A DNA stretch of 64,000 nt from a virus. Of the stretch, positions 54,665 through 63,707 are shown piece by piece; position 1 is the first letter of the stretch, and the number at the start of each line of letters is the position of its first letter. The notes below the pieces were generated by a model. That model was not told the origin of the DNA. It worked only from the letters and a program-made list of their open reading frames with translations, and made no database searches. The stretch is from the IMG/VR virus record IMGVR_UViG_3300042393_000799. One strand, 5' to 3'. The position numbers and the translations under genes were made by a program.

Positions 54665-55957
54665 TTAAAAATCTCTTTTTGTTTCGTAAATAGCTTTTAT
54701 AGTTGGAAATCTCAAACTAGTTCCACCGTTTTGGTTGTGAGTTTCTTCGAAATATTGAACAGTGACTTGTTTGCCGATAATATCATTAGGATTGTTGTAA
54801 TAATGACGTCTCTGTTCATGATTAAAACCACTACCAACTTGAACACGATATCCTTTATGTTCAATAATAATATTTTTCAACATTAATTCAGAAACTTCTG
54901 AACCATCAACAATAACTCGCTGTATATCGTTTTCAACATCTACAACAATATACTCTGCATCATGAAATGATTTTACTTTAAGAACCTCATCAGATCTCTT
55001 ACCTTTGTAAGTTGTATTCTTACGTAACATAAGTCCTTCCCATCCTTCATTTTTGGAATGCTCTAATAAACTAGCAAACATATCGTCTGCACATATGAAT
55101 TGATCTAAGACTGAAATACCTACTAAATCATTTGGAACAATGCTTTCAATGTTTGCAATACGTTGACCAAATTTAGTAGTTGAAACTTTAGATTCAAATT
55201 CTTTGATTGTTAAGTGGTCAAAGATATAATAATGTGGTTTCTCAATTGTGTAATCTTTACGCTTGATCTCTTTCATAATACTTGTGAAATCTTCGTTTCC
55301 ATTTGCATCTACAATACAAATCTCACCATCTAATACTGTATTAATAAGACCAAGTTGTCTAATTGAAGGTTTAAGATTATCAAGTGTTAAGAATTCATTT
55401 CCTACACGAGAATAAAATCTAGGTTCACCTTGTCCATCGATAATACATACACATCGACATCCATCTAATTTACGACTAACAAACCAACCATCTGACCATT
55501 TAACTTTCTTTTGAGTTTTTTCATCATATGCTTTTGCTAATGCAACATCAAATGTAGGAATTAAATTAGGGATTGCAGTATTAATCATGGATGCTGTAGC
55601 TCTTGTTTTAAGATTACGATCAATGATATTAAAGATTAGCTCCTCGGATTCAGGATATGTGCCAACAAACGCATTGACTGCTTGAATAGCGGAGTGGCCA
55701 GTAATATAACGAATACTAAGGTCATCGAGCAAACTAAAAAGATCGTTATACACGTTTTCTGAAGCAACCAAGTCGCTACGTTTTTTACAAGTTTCTGAAG
55801 TAACATAATATTGTTTAAAAGTATTGTATGTATACTCGAGTACTTTACGAATTGCTGGATTATTAGCATACGCCTTTAATACATTCAATTTGTCAGTATT
55901 ACTATTTGTAGAATTTTGAGCATCTACGAACTCTTGTATTTGTTTTAAATCTTGCAT
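54665..55957 (-). CDS. ATP-dependent DNA ligase
   Basis: nucleotidyltransferase motif I KLDGCR, motif III DGEICIVD, motif IV EGLMLRK, motif V LKVK. Confidence 0.75.
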   Translation of the reverse strand: MQDLKQIQEFVDAQNSTNSNTDKLNVLKAYANNPAIRKVLEYTYNTFKQYYVTSETCKKRSDLVASENVYNDLFSLLDDLSIRYITGHSAIQAVNAFVGTYPESEELIFNIIDRNLKTRATASMINTAIPNLIPTFDVALAKAYDEKTQKKVKWSDGWFVSRKLDGCRCVCIIDGQGEPRFYSRVGNEFLTLDNLKPSIRQLGLINTVLDGEICIVDANGNEDFTSIMKEIKRKDYTIEKPHYYIFDHLTIKEFESKVSTTKFGQRIANIESIVPNDLVGISVLDQFICADDMFASLLEHSKNEGWEGLMLRKNTTYKGKRSDEVLKVKSFHDAEYIVVDVENDIQRVIVDGSEVSELMLKNIIIEHKGYRVQVGSGFNHEQRRHYYNNPNDIIGKQVTVQYFEETHNQNGGTSLRFPTIKAIYETKRDF

Positions 55958-56112
55958 TATACTTCTGTTTTATCTTCGATTACTAAATATTTTTGACCAC
56001 CTTCTAATTCTTTAACTGTACCACTTTCAATAAGTGTTTTAACATAATTAGGATTTTCTTTGTTTAAAAATGCCAACATTTGAATTGTAGGCTCCATGTA
56101 AATTACTTTCAT
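55957..56112 (-). CDS. micro-ORF (51 aa) upstream of and TAATG-coupled to the ligase gene
   Basis: MKVIYMEPTIQMLAFLNKENPNYVKTLIESGTVKELEGGQKYLVIEDKTEV; not in ORF track. Confidence 0.3.
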   Translation of the reverse strand: MKVIYMEPTIQMLAFLNKENPNYVKTLIESGTVKELEGGQKYLVIEDKTEV

Positions 56113-56138
56113 ATTATACGTTTGATTTGTTATAGTGT

Positions 56139-56615
56139 TTATTTTCTAATGATTTTAATATCGCATTTAGTATATGTTTCTTCCCAACCTCCAGGTCTCT
56201 TAGCTCTAAATCCTGATTTATTTAATAAATTATCTTCATATCGCATTAACCAACACACACCGCTATAATTTTCAATAGTTTTTTCTACTTCCGTTTCAGA
56301 TGTACATTTAATCAATGATTCAAAATATTCTGCTAGTGGTGTTGAATGTTCCCATAAAAGAAGTGATTTACCATTTTCATCTTTACCTAAAATATTTCTC
56401 TTTGTCCATAACAATTCAAATGGATCTTGATTAATTTTTTGACATGCTAAGAAAACAGCTTCAGAAACCATAGTTACTTTTTGATCTGTCATTTTTTTAA
56501 GAGTATCTTTTAAAGCTTCTTTTAATTTCTTCTTTATATAAAGATCATTTGTTGAATTATATTGTTGAATAAAAAGCCAAACAATGGGTTTAAATGCTAT
56601 ATCTTGTTCTGTCAT
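56139..56615 (-). CDS. hypothetical protein (start corrected to MTEQD; track ORF extended through the cassette)
   Basis: ATG at 56613-56615 sits ~17 nt downstream of the TATAATTAAAA box as at other cassettes. Confidence 0.4.
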   Translation of the reverse strand: MTEQDIAFKPIVWLFIQQYNSTNDLYIKKKLKEALKDTLKKMTDQKVTMVSEAVFLACQKINQDPFELLWTKRNILGKDENGKSLLLWEHSTPLAEYFESLIKCTSETEVEKTIENYSGVCWLMRYEDNLLNKSGFRAKRPGGWEETYTKCDIKIIRK

Positions 56616-56628
56616 ATCTGTTTGTTTT

Positions 56629-56710
56629 TTAATTATAGAGCTAATATACACAAAAAAAGCCAAACAAAAAAATGTTTGGCTAATTATTTTCGTAAAAGTT
56701 ACGAACAATT
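56629..56710 (-). promoter_or_regulatory. repeated intergenic cassette
   Basis: ttaattatagagctaatatacac...agccaaacaaaaaaatgtttggct...ttattttcgtaaaagttacgaacaatt. Confidence 0.7.
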
Positions 56711-57310
56711 TTATGCGATGTCAGTTGACTCTATTAAGGTATATGTGAATGAATTTCCATGAATTGCTTTGGCTTTATTAATAAGTGCCATAAATTCTTT
56801 GAAATCCTTTATTCTTTTAAATACTTGACAACCTTCTGACCAATTTTCTACATAAGCTGATTCAGTTTTAGGATTAGATCTATGACCATTGATTCCAAAA
56901 ATACCTTCTTGAATAATGGTTTCATCAAATGTCATATCCTTATTCTTATCACGGTAAACTTTAACAGGTTTAACTTGACGCATTGCTTCATATTTACCTT
57001 GATGTAAACCAACTGCCCACATTCCTCTATATTGACTAGGAACTACTCTTGCAACTCCATTTGGATTGTGAAATTCCTTTACAGCTTTTGTTCCAGGATC
57101 TGTTGTAATTGCCCATTGATAGAATTTCCAAACTCCACCTTCTTTAAAAGATAAAGTCATATAGTCATCAAATACGTTAGTTACTTTGTCTGCAATTGCA
57201 GCTGCGTTACTTCTAACTCCAACGATATTAACATCAAAGTCTTTTGCACCTTCAAACCAAACGTATTTTTTTGCTTTTACAGCTTTTTCTATTTGTTCTC
57301 TAGTGTACAT
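56711..57310 (-). CDS. YkuD (L,D-transpeptidase)-fold protein, putative peptidoglycan-active enzyme
   Basis: GINGHRSNPKTESAYVENWSEGCQVF = H...S.GC catalytic motif. Confidence 0.4.
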   Translation of the reverse strand: MYTREQIEKAVKAKKYVWFEGAKDFDVNIVGVRSNAAAIADKVTNVFDDYMTLSFKEGGVWKFYQWAITTDPGTKAVKEFHNPNGVARVVPSQYRGMWAVGLHQGKYEAMRQVKPVKVYRDKNKDMTFDETIIQEGIFGINGHRSNPKTESAYVENWSEGCQVFKRIKDFKEFMALINKAKAIHGNSFTYTLIESTDIA

Positions 57311-57312
57311 AA

Positions 57313-57618
57313 TTAATTTTCTGTTTTTTCAGTTTCATCTGCTGTAGCTTCAGCGATTTGTTTTTTAACAGCAGTAAATTTGTCTACTGAAGATAATCCT
57401 AAACCACCAAATGCTAATAAAGCCACTGCATTGATTAAAGTACCTGAGTGTTGTAGATTTACTGGAAGAAATAAAGTAACACATAATGATAGTGCACATA
57501 TAATTCCAACAAATCTTTTAGATGATGGATTACCATGTTCATCCTGAAATAATTTCGCTAACCAATTAATAAATTTCATAATATCGTATATATTTTTACG
57601 CATTATAGCGTTATACAA
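57313..57618 (-). CDS. small 2-TM membrane protein (holin-like candidate)
   Basis: 101 aa; two hydrophobic helices, charged C-terminus; immediately upstream of YkuD-fold gene. Confidence 0.4.
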   Translation of the reverse strand: MYNAIMRKNIYDIMKFINWLAKLFQDEHGNPSSKRFVGIICALSLCVTLFLPVNLQHSGTLINAVALLAFGGLGLSSVDKFTAVKKQIAEATADETEKTEN

Positions 57619-57643
57619 TATATATCAGATTGGTAGCTTGAAA

Positions 57644-58675
57644 TTAGTGTGCTTTTTCGCCTTCTTCAGAATCTTTTGCCATTAAAGCTTCAACAATACC
57701 AATTACAGCTAATAACATGGCAACATTTGATATAATTGATGCTACTGTACCTAAACCTGGCACTGCATGTAATAAAGCATGTTTTGCAGCTCCTTTAACT
57801 TTAACTTCAGCAATAATTCCAATAATACCTGCAAGTGCAATAAACTCAAATGGTCCTGGTGCTCCTGCTAATTCAGTAGCATAATATGATAATTTACCTA
57901 GAGTTCCTTTAGCAACTTTTTCAGCAGCTTGTTTAACTTTATCTAATAAATTAAACGGTGGAATATGGTGCATTTTATGAGCGATTGCAGATACAAATGG
58001 AATACCAGCTGCATGTTCATCGCTTTCTTGTACCAATTCTCTGAAATCAATATCGCCATTAATAATAGCTTCATTTATAGAATCTAATATTGCAATTTCA
58101 AAAGCTTCTTTAACATCTTCACTTGCAGCCTGTTGAGCTGCAGTTGCAGTATCTTTAACAAATCCACTAGTAATCCATCCAACTGTTGCAGATACAACCT
58201 GTTTACCTTGTTTAACTTCTTTTAATAAAAGATTTTTACTTTCTTCTGATTTCTTTTCAATAGCTGCAGAAATTTCTTTAGCCTTAGCTTGTACACCTGA
58301 TTGATATGCAGCTTTTGCAGCAGTCCATGCGGTGTCAACCCATTCTTTTAATTTCTCAACTATAAGTTTAATAATAGAAGCAATTTTACCACCTAATTTG
58401 ATGATAACTTCTTGTGATTTTGATAATGCTTGTTTACCTTTTTCTTTTGCAACCTCTACAGCAGCATCAAATTTAGCTTTCATTTTGCTAATTAGGTTCT
58501 CTTCATTCAGATTATCAAAACCTTCATCAAATATACCAAACTCAACTATAAATAGAGCTTCATTCATAATTGGTTTAATTTCTTCGAACTGTTCAAGTAC
58601 ATTAACTATTACTTGTCGTCTAGATTCTACTAATCTTTTATTAGCAATGAACCCTTCATAACTTTTTAATTTCAT
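57644..58675 (-). CDS. protein with family-like N-terminus (MKLKSYEGFIANK), Ala/Lys-rich helical body and C-terminal hydrophobic segments
   Basis: 343-aa ORF. Confidence 0.45.
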   Translation of the reverse strand: MKLKSYEGFIANKRLVESRRQVIVNVLEQFEEIKPIMNEALFIVEFGIFDEGFDNLNEENLISKMKAKFDAAVEVAKEKGKQALSKSQEVIIKLGGKIASIIKLIVEKLKEWVDTAWTAAKAAYQSGVQAKAKEISAAIEKKSEESKNLLLKEVKQGKQVVSATVGWITSGFVKDTATAAQQAASEDVKEAFEIAILDSINEAIINGDIDFRELVQESDEHAAGIPFVSAIAHKMHHIPPFNLLDKVKQAAEKVAKGTLGKLSYYATELAGAPGPFEFIALAGIIGIIAEVKVKGAAKHALLHAVPGLGTVASIISNVAMLLAVIGIVEALMAKDSEEGEKAH

Positions 58676-58742
58676 AACTGTCTTATTTTTAAGTATATTC
58701 TATATATTCCTCTAAATATATAATTATAAAAAAGTATGAAAT

Positions 58743-59189
58743 ATGAGTACAAGACCATTTGCATATAATCCCAGTGGGAATATATCAGGAACACAACAAT
58801 TTGGATCATTAACTGTAGGAACACCTACTGATAGTTTTGAGTCCACATCATTAAAATGGTGGAACGGTCCAGAAGAAGATCTAAATTATATTATTGCTCA
58901 ACCAGATCCAGAAGGTTTGCACATAGGTGCAGATGGTGATACCGCTTATTTAGGTTTCGTAAGATCTTCTATAAAAACAGAAGCTTCATTTCTTTTACTA
59001 GTAAATAAAGTATTTGATCAAAGTTTTTTAACAGGCGATACCGCAAAAGTTTGGTTAAACGATAATGGATATTGGACTTCTTGGGGATTAACTCCAAATG
59101 AAGAAACCGAATTATTTAATGCGATCATCACTTCAAACAACGAATACATCTCTCTTGACGAAGGCGTATACTTAGCTTATAACATCTAA
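58743..59189 (+). CDS. hypothetical protein (plus strand)
   Basis: 148-aa ORF directly upstream of the beta-helix repeat gene. Confidence 0.4.
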   Translation: MSTRPFAYNPSGNISGTQQFGSLTVGTPTDSFESTSLKWWNGPEEDLNYIIAQPDPEGLHIGADGDTAYLGFVRSSIKTEASFLLLVNKVFDQSFLTGDTAKVWLNDNGYWTSWGLTPNEETELFNAIITSNNEYISLDEGVYLAYNI

Positions 59190-59211
59190 ACAAAAAATAA
59201 ATTTAACAAAA

Positions 59212-61842
59212 ATGTCATTAACTCCAAAAACAATAGGTCAATTAAATCCAATTGATCAAGTTACAGCTACTACATTATTTTTAGCTGAAAAAAATGGTGC
59301 TACAGTTCATGTACCATATTCTGAAATTGCAGGTGTAAACTACACAGAACTAACTTATGCTGAATTAACAGGATTAATATCAGTTGTTGGTTTAGTACCG
59401 GGTAACTTCTATATGATAACAGATTTCCAAACATGCTATGATCAACCTAATTTTGACTGGAATGGTAATGCTATCAGTAATGAAAACACATATAAAGTTG
59501 GTAATATTGAGTCATTAATGGTTTTGGCTTTAGCTGCAGATAGAATTTCATCAACAACTTATTCACCAGAATATCCTAAAGACAAAATTCAATATGACGT
59601 TACTTGGAATCAAACTGAGTTTACTAATAGTGGTGCTAAAGGTAGAATTACAGAAAGAATCGATGAAAGAAATAATAGAGCTGATTATGATTTTAGAAAT
59701 GTACAATTTATAAGACATGAAGCTTTAATGGCAGATTCTTATTATGAAGGTACTGTTAGTGTTGGAGAACCTTTTTTCGTGTATAATCCTGAAACACAAG
59801 AACAATTAATCGGACCTGATGGACCAATAATGCATGCAACAGTAACCGGAACTAATACTAGTTTTACAAATAGTTTCTATGTTGGTGATTATCTTGCTGT
59901 TTTTAACACAAATAATATCGGTTGTCATAACTTCTATGAAGTTGTTGGAATTGAAAATGATACAACAATGACTGTTGCTGGTATTTCATATGGTTGGGAA
60001 TATAACGCTACATATTCTAAAGGTTGGACAAAAGGTCTTAGAAGTCCATTTAAATGTAATGCACCATCTTTGCGTTTCAATTCTGAACAATTTTATACGT
60101 TTAATGATAACGATAGTAATAATACTTATTTAGGTGATAATAGAGACTATAATTCTTTTATTTTATCAAATAATGTTTTCTTAGACGGTACATATAATGA
60201 TAATTATTTTGGTGCTAATGTACAAAATAATACATTTGATGATGATATGGACGGTAACAGAATAGGTCTTTATTTCCAAAATAATATCATGACTGATGAT
60301 TTTGATAGAAACACCATTGGAAATTATTTTACAAATAACTGGATTGATTGTGATATGGCTAGAAATCAAATTGGTGATGGCTTTGAACATAATACTTTAG
60401 CTGATAATGATGGTTATGATTTTAGTAATAATGTTATACGAAATAATTTTAAATATAATTTCGTAACTATGTCAAACGGTGAGTTCATGAAAAATATCAT
60501 CAATGATGATTTTCAAAGAAACATAATAGACGATACATTTATAGCTAACACTATTGATTTTGATTTCGGTAATAACATTTGCCATGATACGTTTGAAAAC
60601 AATAGAATTGGAAATGCATTTAGAGAAAATAAAATCACAAACAATTTCGGTGATAATGTAATTGGTAATTATTTTATAGCTAATATATTAGAAGGTGGTG
60701 ATAATAACACCATCGGTAATAATTTTCAAAATAATACAATTGGATATGATTTTAGATTCAATACAATTGGTCATAATTTTACCAATAACACTATTGCATC
60801 AGACTTTGGATTTGGTTATGGTGAATCAAGAGGAAATGTAATTGGTAATTTCTTTACTGGTAATAACATTGGTGAATATTTTTATAGTAATCATATCGCT
60901 GATAACTTTAGTACTAATAATATCGGTCATTGGTTTCAAAATAATAAAGTTGATGTTGTTGGTTTATCTGGTGTGAATTTTAAAGAAAAACTTAATTCTA
61001 TAGCTACAGTTTCAATAAACATAGGAGAATCTACATATACTGATGGTGTTTATAATGTATACCAAACTGCTAACTATTCTGGTAGTGAAGGTACTGGTGC
61101 ACAATTTACAATTACAGTTTCTGGTGGCTCAATCACTAATATTGAAATAACTAATGGAGGTAACTTATATAATGTTTACAATATAATCGGAATTTCAATG
61201 GATCAAATTCCTGGAAGTACGCAAGATCTAAGTTTAGTTGTTAATACTCTTACAGCAATGCCTTTAGTTTATGAAACAATAAATTCTACTATTTTAAGAG
61301 GATTTGATACAATTGAAGGTAATGTTCCTATGATTAGTGTATTAAGCATGAGCGCAGGAGGAAATGGAGTTTATATTTCAAAAGACTATAAAGGACCTTT
61401 TGTTTTAGATGAAGGTGGAAACAACGGTGGAGGTGGAAACACTGGATCAGGTTCTTGGTACTTCTATACTGCTGAAGGAGCATTCACAGTTGGACCTCCT
61501 ACATCAGACGGTCAAGCGATATTTACAGATAATAACTCAGGTTCTGGAACTCTTTCAACATTTAATCCAAATAATAATACAGGAATTGACTATCTTAACT
61601 TTTGCTTAAAAGACAGCGCAGGTACTGATTATACAACTCAATTCACTGCTTTACAAAATAACGGTGGAACTATATCAGTTACACAAAATGGTAATACAGC
61701 AACTTACACTCTTATGTCAAACATGGCGTATGTTAATGCAGGTCCAGGTTTTATAAGTATTAACACTGCTGCAGCAACTCAAACTGTAACAGCAGCTTCA
61801 TCATTTGTATATGGTGATCCAATATCAATATCTTTTAGTTAA
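59212..61842 (+). CDS. repeat-rich (beta-helix-type) fibre/receptor-binding-like protein
   Basis: 876 aa; ~25 tandem 11-12-residue repeats of form N-x-I-G-N-x-F-x-x-N (e.g. DRNTIGNYFTNNWID, ENNRIGNAFRENKITNNFGDNVIGNYF); Gly/Asn/Thr-rich C-terminus. Confidence 0.55.
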   Translation: MSLTPKTIGQLNPIDQVTATTLFLAEKNGATVHVPYSEIAGVNYTELTYAELTGLISVVGLVPGNFYMITDFQTCYDQPNFDWNGNAISNENTYKVGNIESLMVLALAADRISSTTYSPEYPKDKIQYDVTWNQTEFTNSGAKGRITERIDERNNRADYDFRNVQFIRHEALMADSYYEGTVSVGEPFFVYNPETQEQLIGPDGPIMHATVTGTNTSFTNSFYVGDYLAVFNTNNIGCHNFYEVVGIENDTTMTVAGISYGWEYNATYSKGWTKGLRSPFKCNAPSLRFNSEQFYTFNDNDSNNTYLGDNRDYNSFILSNNVFLDGTYNDNYFGANVQNNTFDDDMDGNRIGLYFQNNIMTDDFDRNTIGNYFTNNWIDCDMARNQIGDGFEHNTLADNDGYDFSNNVIRNNFKYNFVTMSNGEFMKNIINDDFQRNIIDDTFIANTIDFDFGNNICHDTFENNRIGNAFRENKITNNFGDNVIGNYFIANILEGGDNNTIGNNFQNNTIGYDFRFNTIGHNFTNNTIASDFGFGYGESRGNVIGNFFTGNNIGEYFYSNHIADNFSTNNIGHWFQNNKVDVVGLSGVNFKEKLNSIATVSINIGESTYTDGVYNVYQTANYSGSEGTGAQFTITVSGGSITNIEITNGGNLYNVYNIIGISMDQIPGSTQDLSLVVNTLTAMPLVYETINSTILRGFDTIEGNVPMISVLSMSAGGNGVYISKDYKGPFVLDEGGNNGGGGNTGSGSWYFYTAEGAFTVGPPTSDGQAIFTDNNSGSGTLSTFNPNNNTGIDYLNFCLKDSAGTDYTTQFTALQNNGGTISVTQNGNTATYTLMSNMAYVNAGPGFISINTAAATQTVTAASSFVYGDPISISFS

Positions 61843-61860
61843 TCTAAAACTGATGAAACG

Positions 61861-61889
61861 AAAAAAGCCGCAAATTGCGGCTTTTTTTA
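61861..61889. terminator. bidirectional rho-independent terminator between convergent + gene and minus-strand tRNA/GT25 unit
   Basis: aaaaaa-gccgcaa-a-ttgcggc-ttttttt. Confidence 0.7.
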
Positions 61890-61891
61890 TG

Positions 61892-61965
61892 TAGTCAATG
61901 TAAGACTCGAACTTACGACCTCCTCGGTATCAGCGAGGCGCTCTAACCAACTGAGCTAAATGACT
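61892..61965 (-). tRNA. tRNA-Ile-GAT: tRNA-Ile (anticodon GAT)
   Basis: rc AGTCATTTAGCTCAGTTGGTTAGAGCGCCTCGCTGATACCGAGGAGGTCGTAAGTTCGAGTCTTACATTGACTA; one U-U mismatch in acceptor stem. Confidence 0.75.
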
Positions 61966-61969
61966 ATGG

Positions 61970-62662
61970 TTATCTTGATGAAAATTTTCTTTGTAAGTCC
62001 AATGTTTCGAAAAATGGATTTAATCTAACGTATGTACTATTTGATCTTTGAATATCTGTAGCATTTTCACATAAACATGCATCTGCTGGAAATATACCTT
62101 TTTTATTTATAAAATTTAAGATTTCTTGGGCACCTTTGGGTGTTATTATATATCCATATGCGCCTCTAAAAGTGCTTCCAGTTACAGACTTATCTCCATA
62201 AAATTTACTAATAGGGTGTTTTTTAACTCCACTAGTATAAAGTTTGATAGCATCATTATAAGCTTTAAAGTGTTCATGTTCTGTAACAGCACCTGAATTA
62301 TTAAAGGGTAAATATGCATCTAAATGACATGCATTTTCTATTAAGTGTAGTATTTCTCTAGGATCTCTAACTAAAACAGCATCTTGTTCAAGAATTAAAA
62401 AAGGTTGATCTTGTTTAGAGCACTCGTCCCATAATAAATAATGACTTGCTAAACAACCGATAGTACCATCGGTCCAATCTTCCATATTAACATATGCTGA
62501 GGGTTTTGCATTATAAGATTTTAAAACTTCAATGCCTTTTCTGCCTACAACTCCATCAAATAATTCATAGTCGATATCGAATTTGTTCAAAGACTTTATG
62601 GTATCTTTTACCATGGTCTCTGAGAATTCATTGCCCTTTAGATAAATTATATGTGTTTTCAT
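61970..62662 (-). CDS. family GT25 glycosyltransferase (LPS core glycosyltransferase-like)
   Basis: HIIYLKGNEFSE...YELFDGVVGRKG...GTIGCLASHYLLW...FLILEQDAVLVRD pattern of GT25. Confidence 0.65.
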   Translation of the reverse strand: MKTHIIYLKGNEFSETMVKDTIKSLNKFDIDYELFDGVVGRKGIEVLKSYNAKPSAYVNMEDWTDGTIGCLASHYLLWDECSKQDQPFLILEQDAVLVRDPREILHLIENACHLDAYLPFNNSGAVTEHEHFKAYNDAIKLYTSGVKKHPISKFYGDKSVTGSTFRGAYGYIITPKGAQEILNFINKKGIFPADACLCENATDIQRSNSTYVRLNPFFETLDLQRKFSSR

Positions 62663-62904
62663 TTGTTGTAATATTTATATATGTATCTAATAAAGCTGGC
62701 TAGTTAAATGAATAAAATAACAGGATGCTGATTTGCTTTTTCCAATAAAAGTTTTTAAATTTGCTGGAAGCATCCTTTATATTTTAAAAATACGGAATAC
62801 AGTTTGTTTGAGTAAAAGTCAAAGTTTGTAAATTTGCTGTATGTATTCCAATATGGTCAGGTTTCTGTTTTTGCTTACCAGTGTGTTTACCAATTTCACC
62901 ACTC

Positions 62905-62975
62905 CTCAATTTTTCATAGTTAATTTGTTGAGGAGGTAGGACTCGAACCTACAATGTACCGGTTCTGATTGCTTT
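62905..62975 (-). other. tRNA-like 3' fragment (T-arm + acceptor-like strand) with no complete cloverleaf
   Basis: rc ...GTAGGTTCGAGTCCTACCTCCTCA followed by a hairpin using the same CTCCTCA; no D/anticodon arms found. Confidence 0.3.
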
Positions 62976-63062
62976 TTAATTGCTGTAAGAAACCTTTAAT
63001 ATTTTAAAGAACTTTGTTATTTGATAATTATACTTGATCAATTAAAAAAGTTTCATTTTTTG

Positions 63063-63147
63063 CGGAAGATGAAGGATTCGAACCTTCGGGACCGTGAAGT
63101 CCACAACTTTAGCAAAGTTGCACAATAGACCACTCTGACAATCTTCC
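63063..63147 (-). tRNA. tRNA-Ser-GCT: tRNA-Ser (anticodon GCT), type II with long variable arm
   Basis: rc GGAAGATTG...CAACTTTGCTAAAGTTG...GAAGGTTCGAATCCTTCATCTTCCG. Confidence 0.8.
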
Positions 63148-63154
63148 AATTTTG

Positions 63155-63228
63155 GGTGATTAATGGGATTCGAACCCATGCTATCAGTACCACAAACTGA
63201 CGTGCTAACCGCTAACACTATAACCACC
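63155..63228 (-). tRNA. tRNA-His-GTG: tRNA-His (anticodon GTG) with genome-encoded G-1
   Basis: rc G-GTGGTTATAGTG...TCAGTTTGTGGTACTGA...ATGGGTTCGAATCCCATTAATCACC; 8-bp acceptor including G-1:C73. Confidence 0.8.
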
Positions 63229-63292
63229 ATGTATATGTTCATTATTTTCATGTGTTCATTGGCAATGAACATTCATTTATAATGAACACTAG

Positions 63293-63372
63293 TACCCAGG
63301 GAGAGACTCGAACTCTCAAGCTTTCGCCACGGTTTCTAAGACCGCCGTGTCTACCAATTCCACCACCCAGGC
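63293..63372 (-). tRNA. tRNA-Leu-TAG: tRNA-Leu (anticodon TAG), type II
   Basis: rc GCCTGGGTGGTGGAATTGGTAGACAC...GGCGGTCTTAGAAACCGT...GAGAGTTCGAGTCTCTCCCTGGGTA; acceptor stem uses three G-U pairs. Confidence 0.7.
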
Positions 63373-63467
63373 ATAAAGCCGATCCCGTAGATCGGCAGCT
63401 CAACTTAAGGTATCGAGTTTGCGAGAATAAATCTCTGACCAGGACATGTACCCTTTGTGCACCGTCG

Positions 63468-63542
63468 TACTTTCTACAGGGTTCGAACCTGTGACCTCCT
63501 CGGTGTAAACGAGGCGCTCTGAACCAACTGAGCTAAGAAAGC
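63468..63542 (-). tRNA. tRNA-Val-TAC: tRNA-Val (anticodon TAC)
   Basis: rc GCTTTCTTAGCTCAGTTGGTTCAGAGCGCCTCGTTTACACCGAGGAGGTCACAGGTTCGAACCCTGTAGAAAGTA. Confidence 0.8.
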
Positions 63543-63707
63543 GTGGAGCTTCACTTTACCATAACCTATAGCCATATTGGACTATAACTTTACTCTACGA
63601 CAGCTTTTAACTGAGAGATCGCAGTATTATGAGTGAAGCATATTCAGTAAACTTCTTTTTGTATCAATAAACCTTATTAGTTTATTGTAACAATTTTTAG
63701 TTTATTG

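Noticed and set aside
55636-55869. 77-aa minus-strand ORF
   Set aside because: It lies in an alternative frame wholly inside the DNA ligase gene.
62905-62975. T-arm-containing segment considered as a complete eighth tRNA
   Set aside because: No D-arm, anticodon arm or matching 5' acceptor strand could be built. Its acceptor-like strand pairs with a downstream sequence instead, so it is kept only as a tRNA-like fragment.
63155-63228. Idea that the Thg1-like enzyme adds G-1 to the phage tRNA-His
   Set aside because: Re-alignment to the bacterial tRNA-His model shows G-1 is genome-encoded (8-bp acceptor, G-1:C73). The Thg1-like protein is therefore more likely a 5'-end repair enzyme.
63378-63396. 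Hairpin gccgatc/gatcggc between tRNA-Leu and tRNA-Val considered as terminator
   Set aside because: It has no adequate T-tract on either strand and is more likely a tRNA-processing spacer structure.
63042-63494. ORFs 63042-63272 (minus) and 63252-63494 (plus) in the tRNA cluster
   Set aside because: They are built entirely from tRNA-Ser/His/Leu/Val sequences and are not coding.
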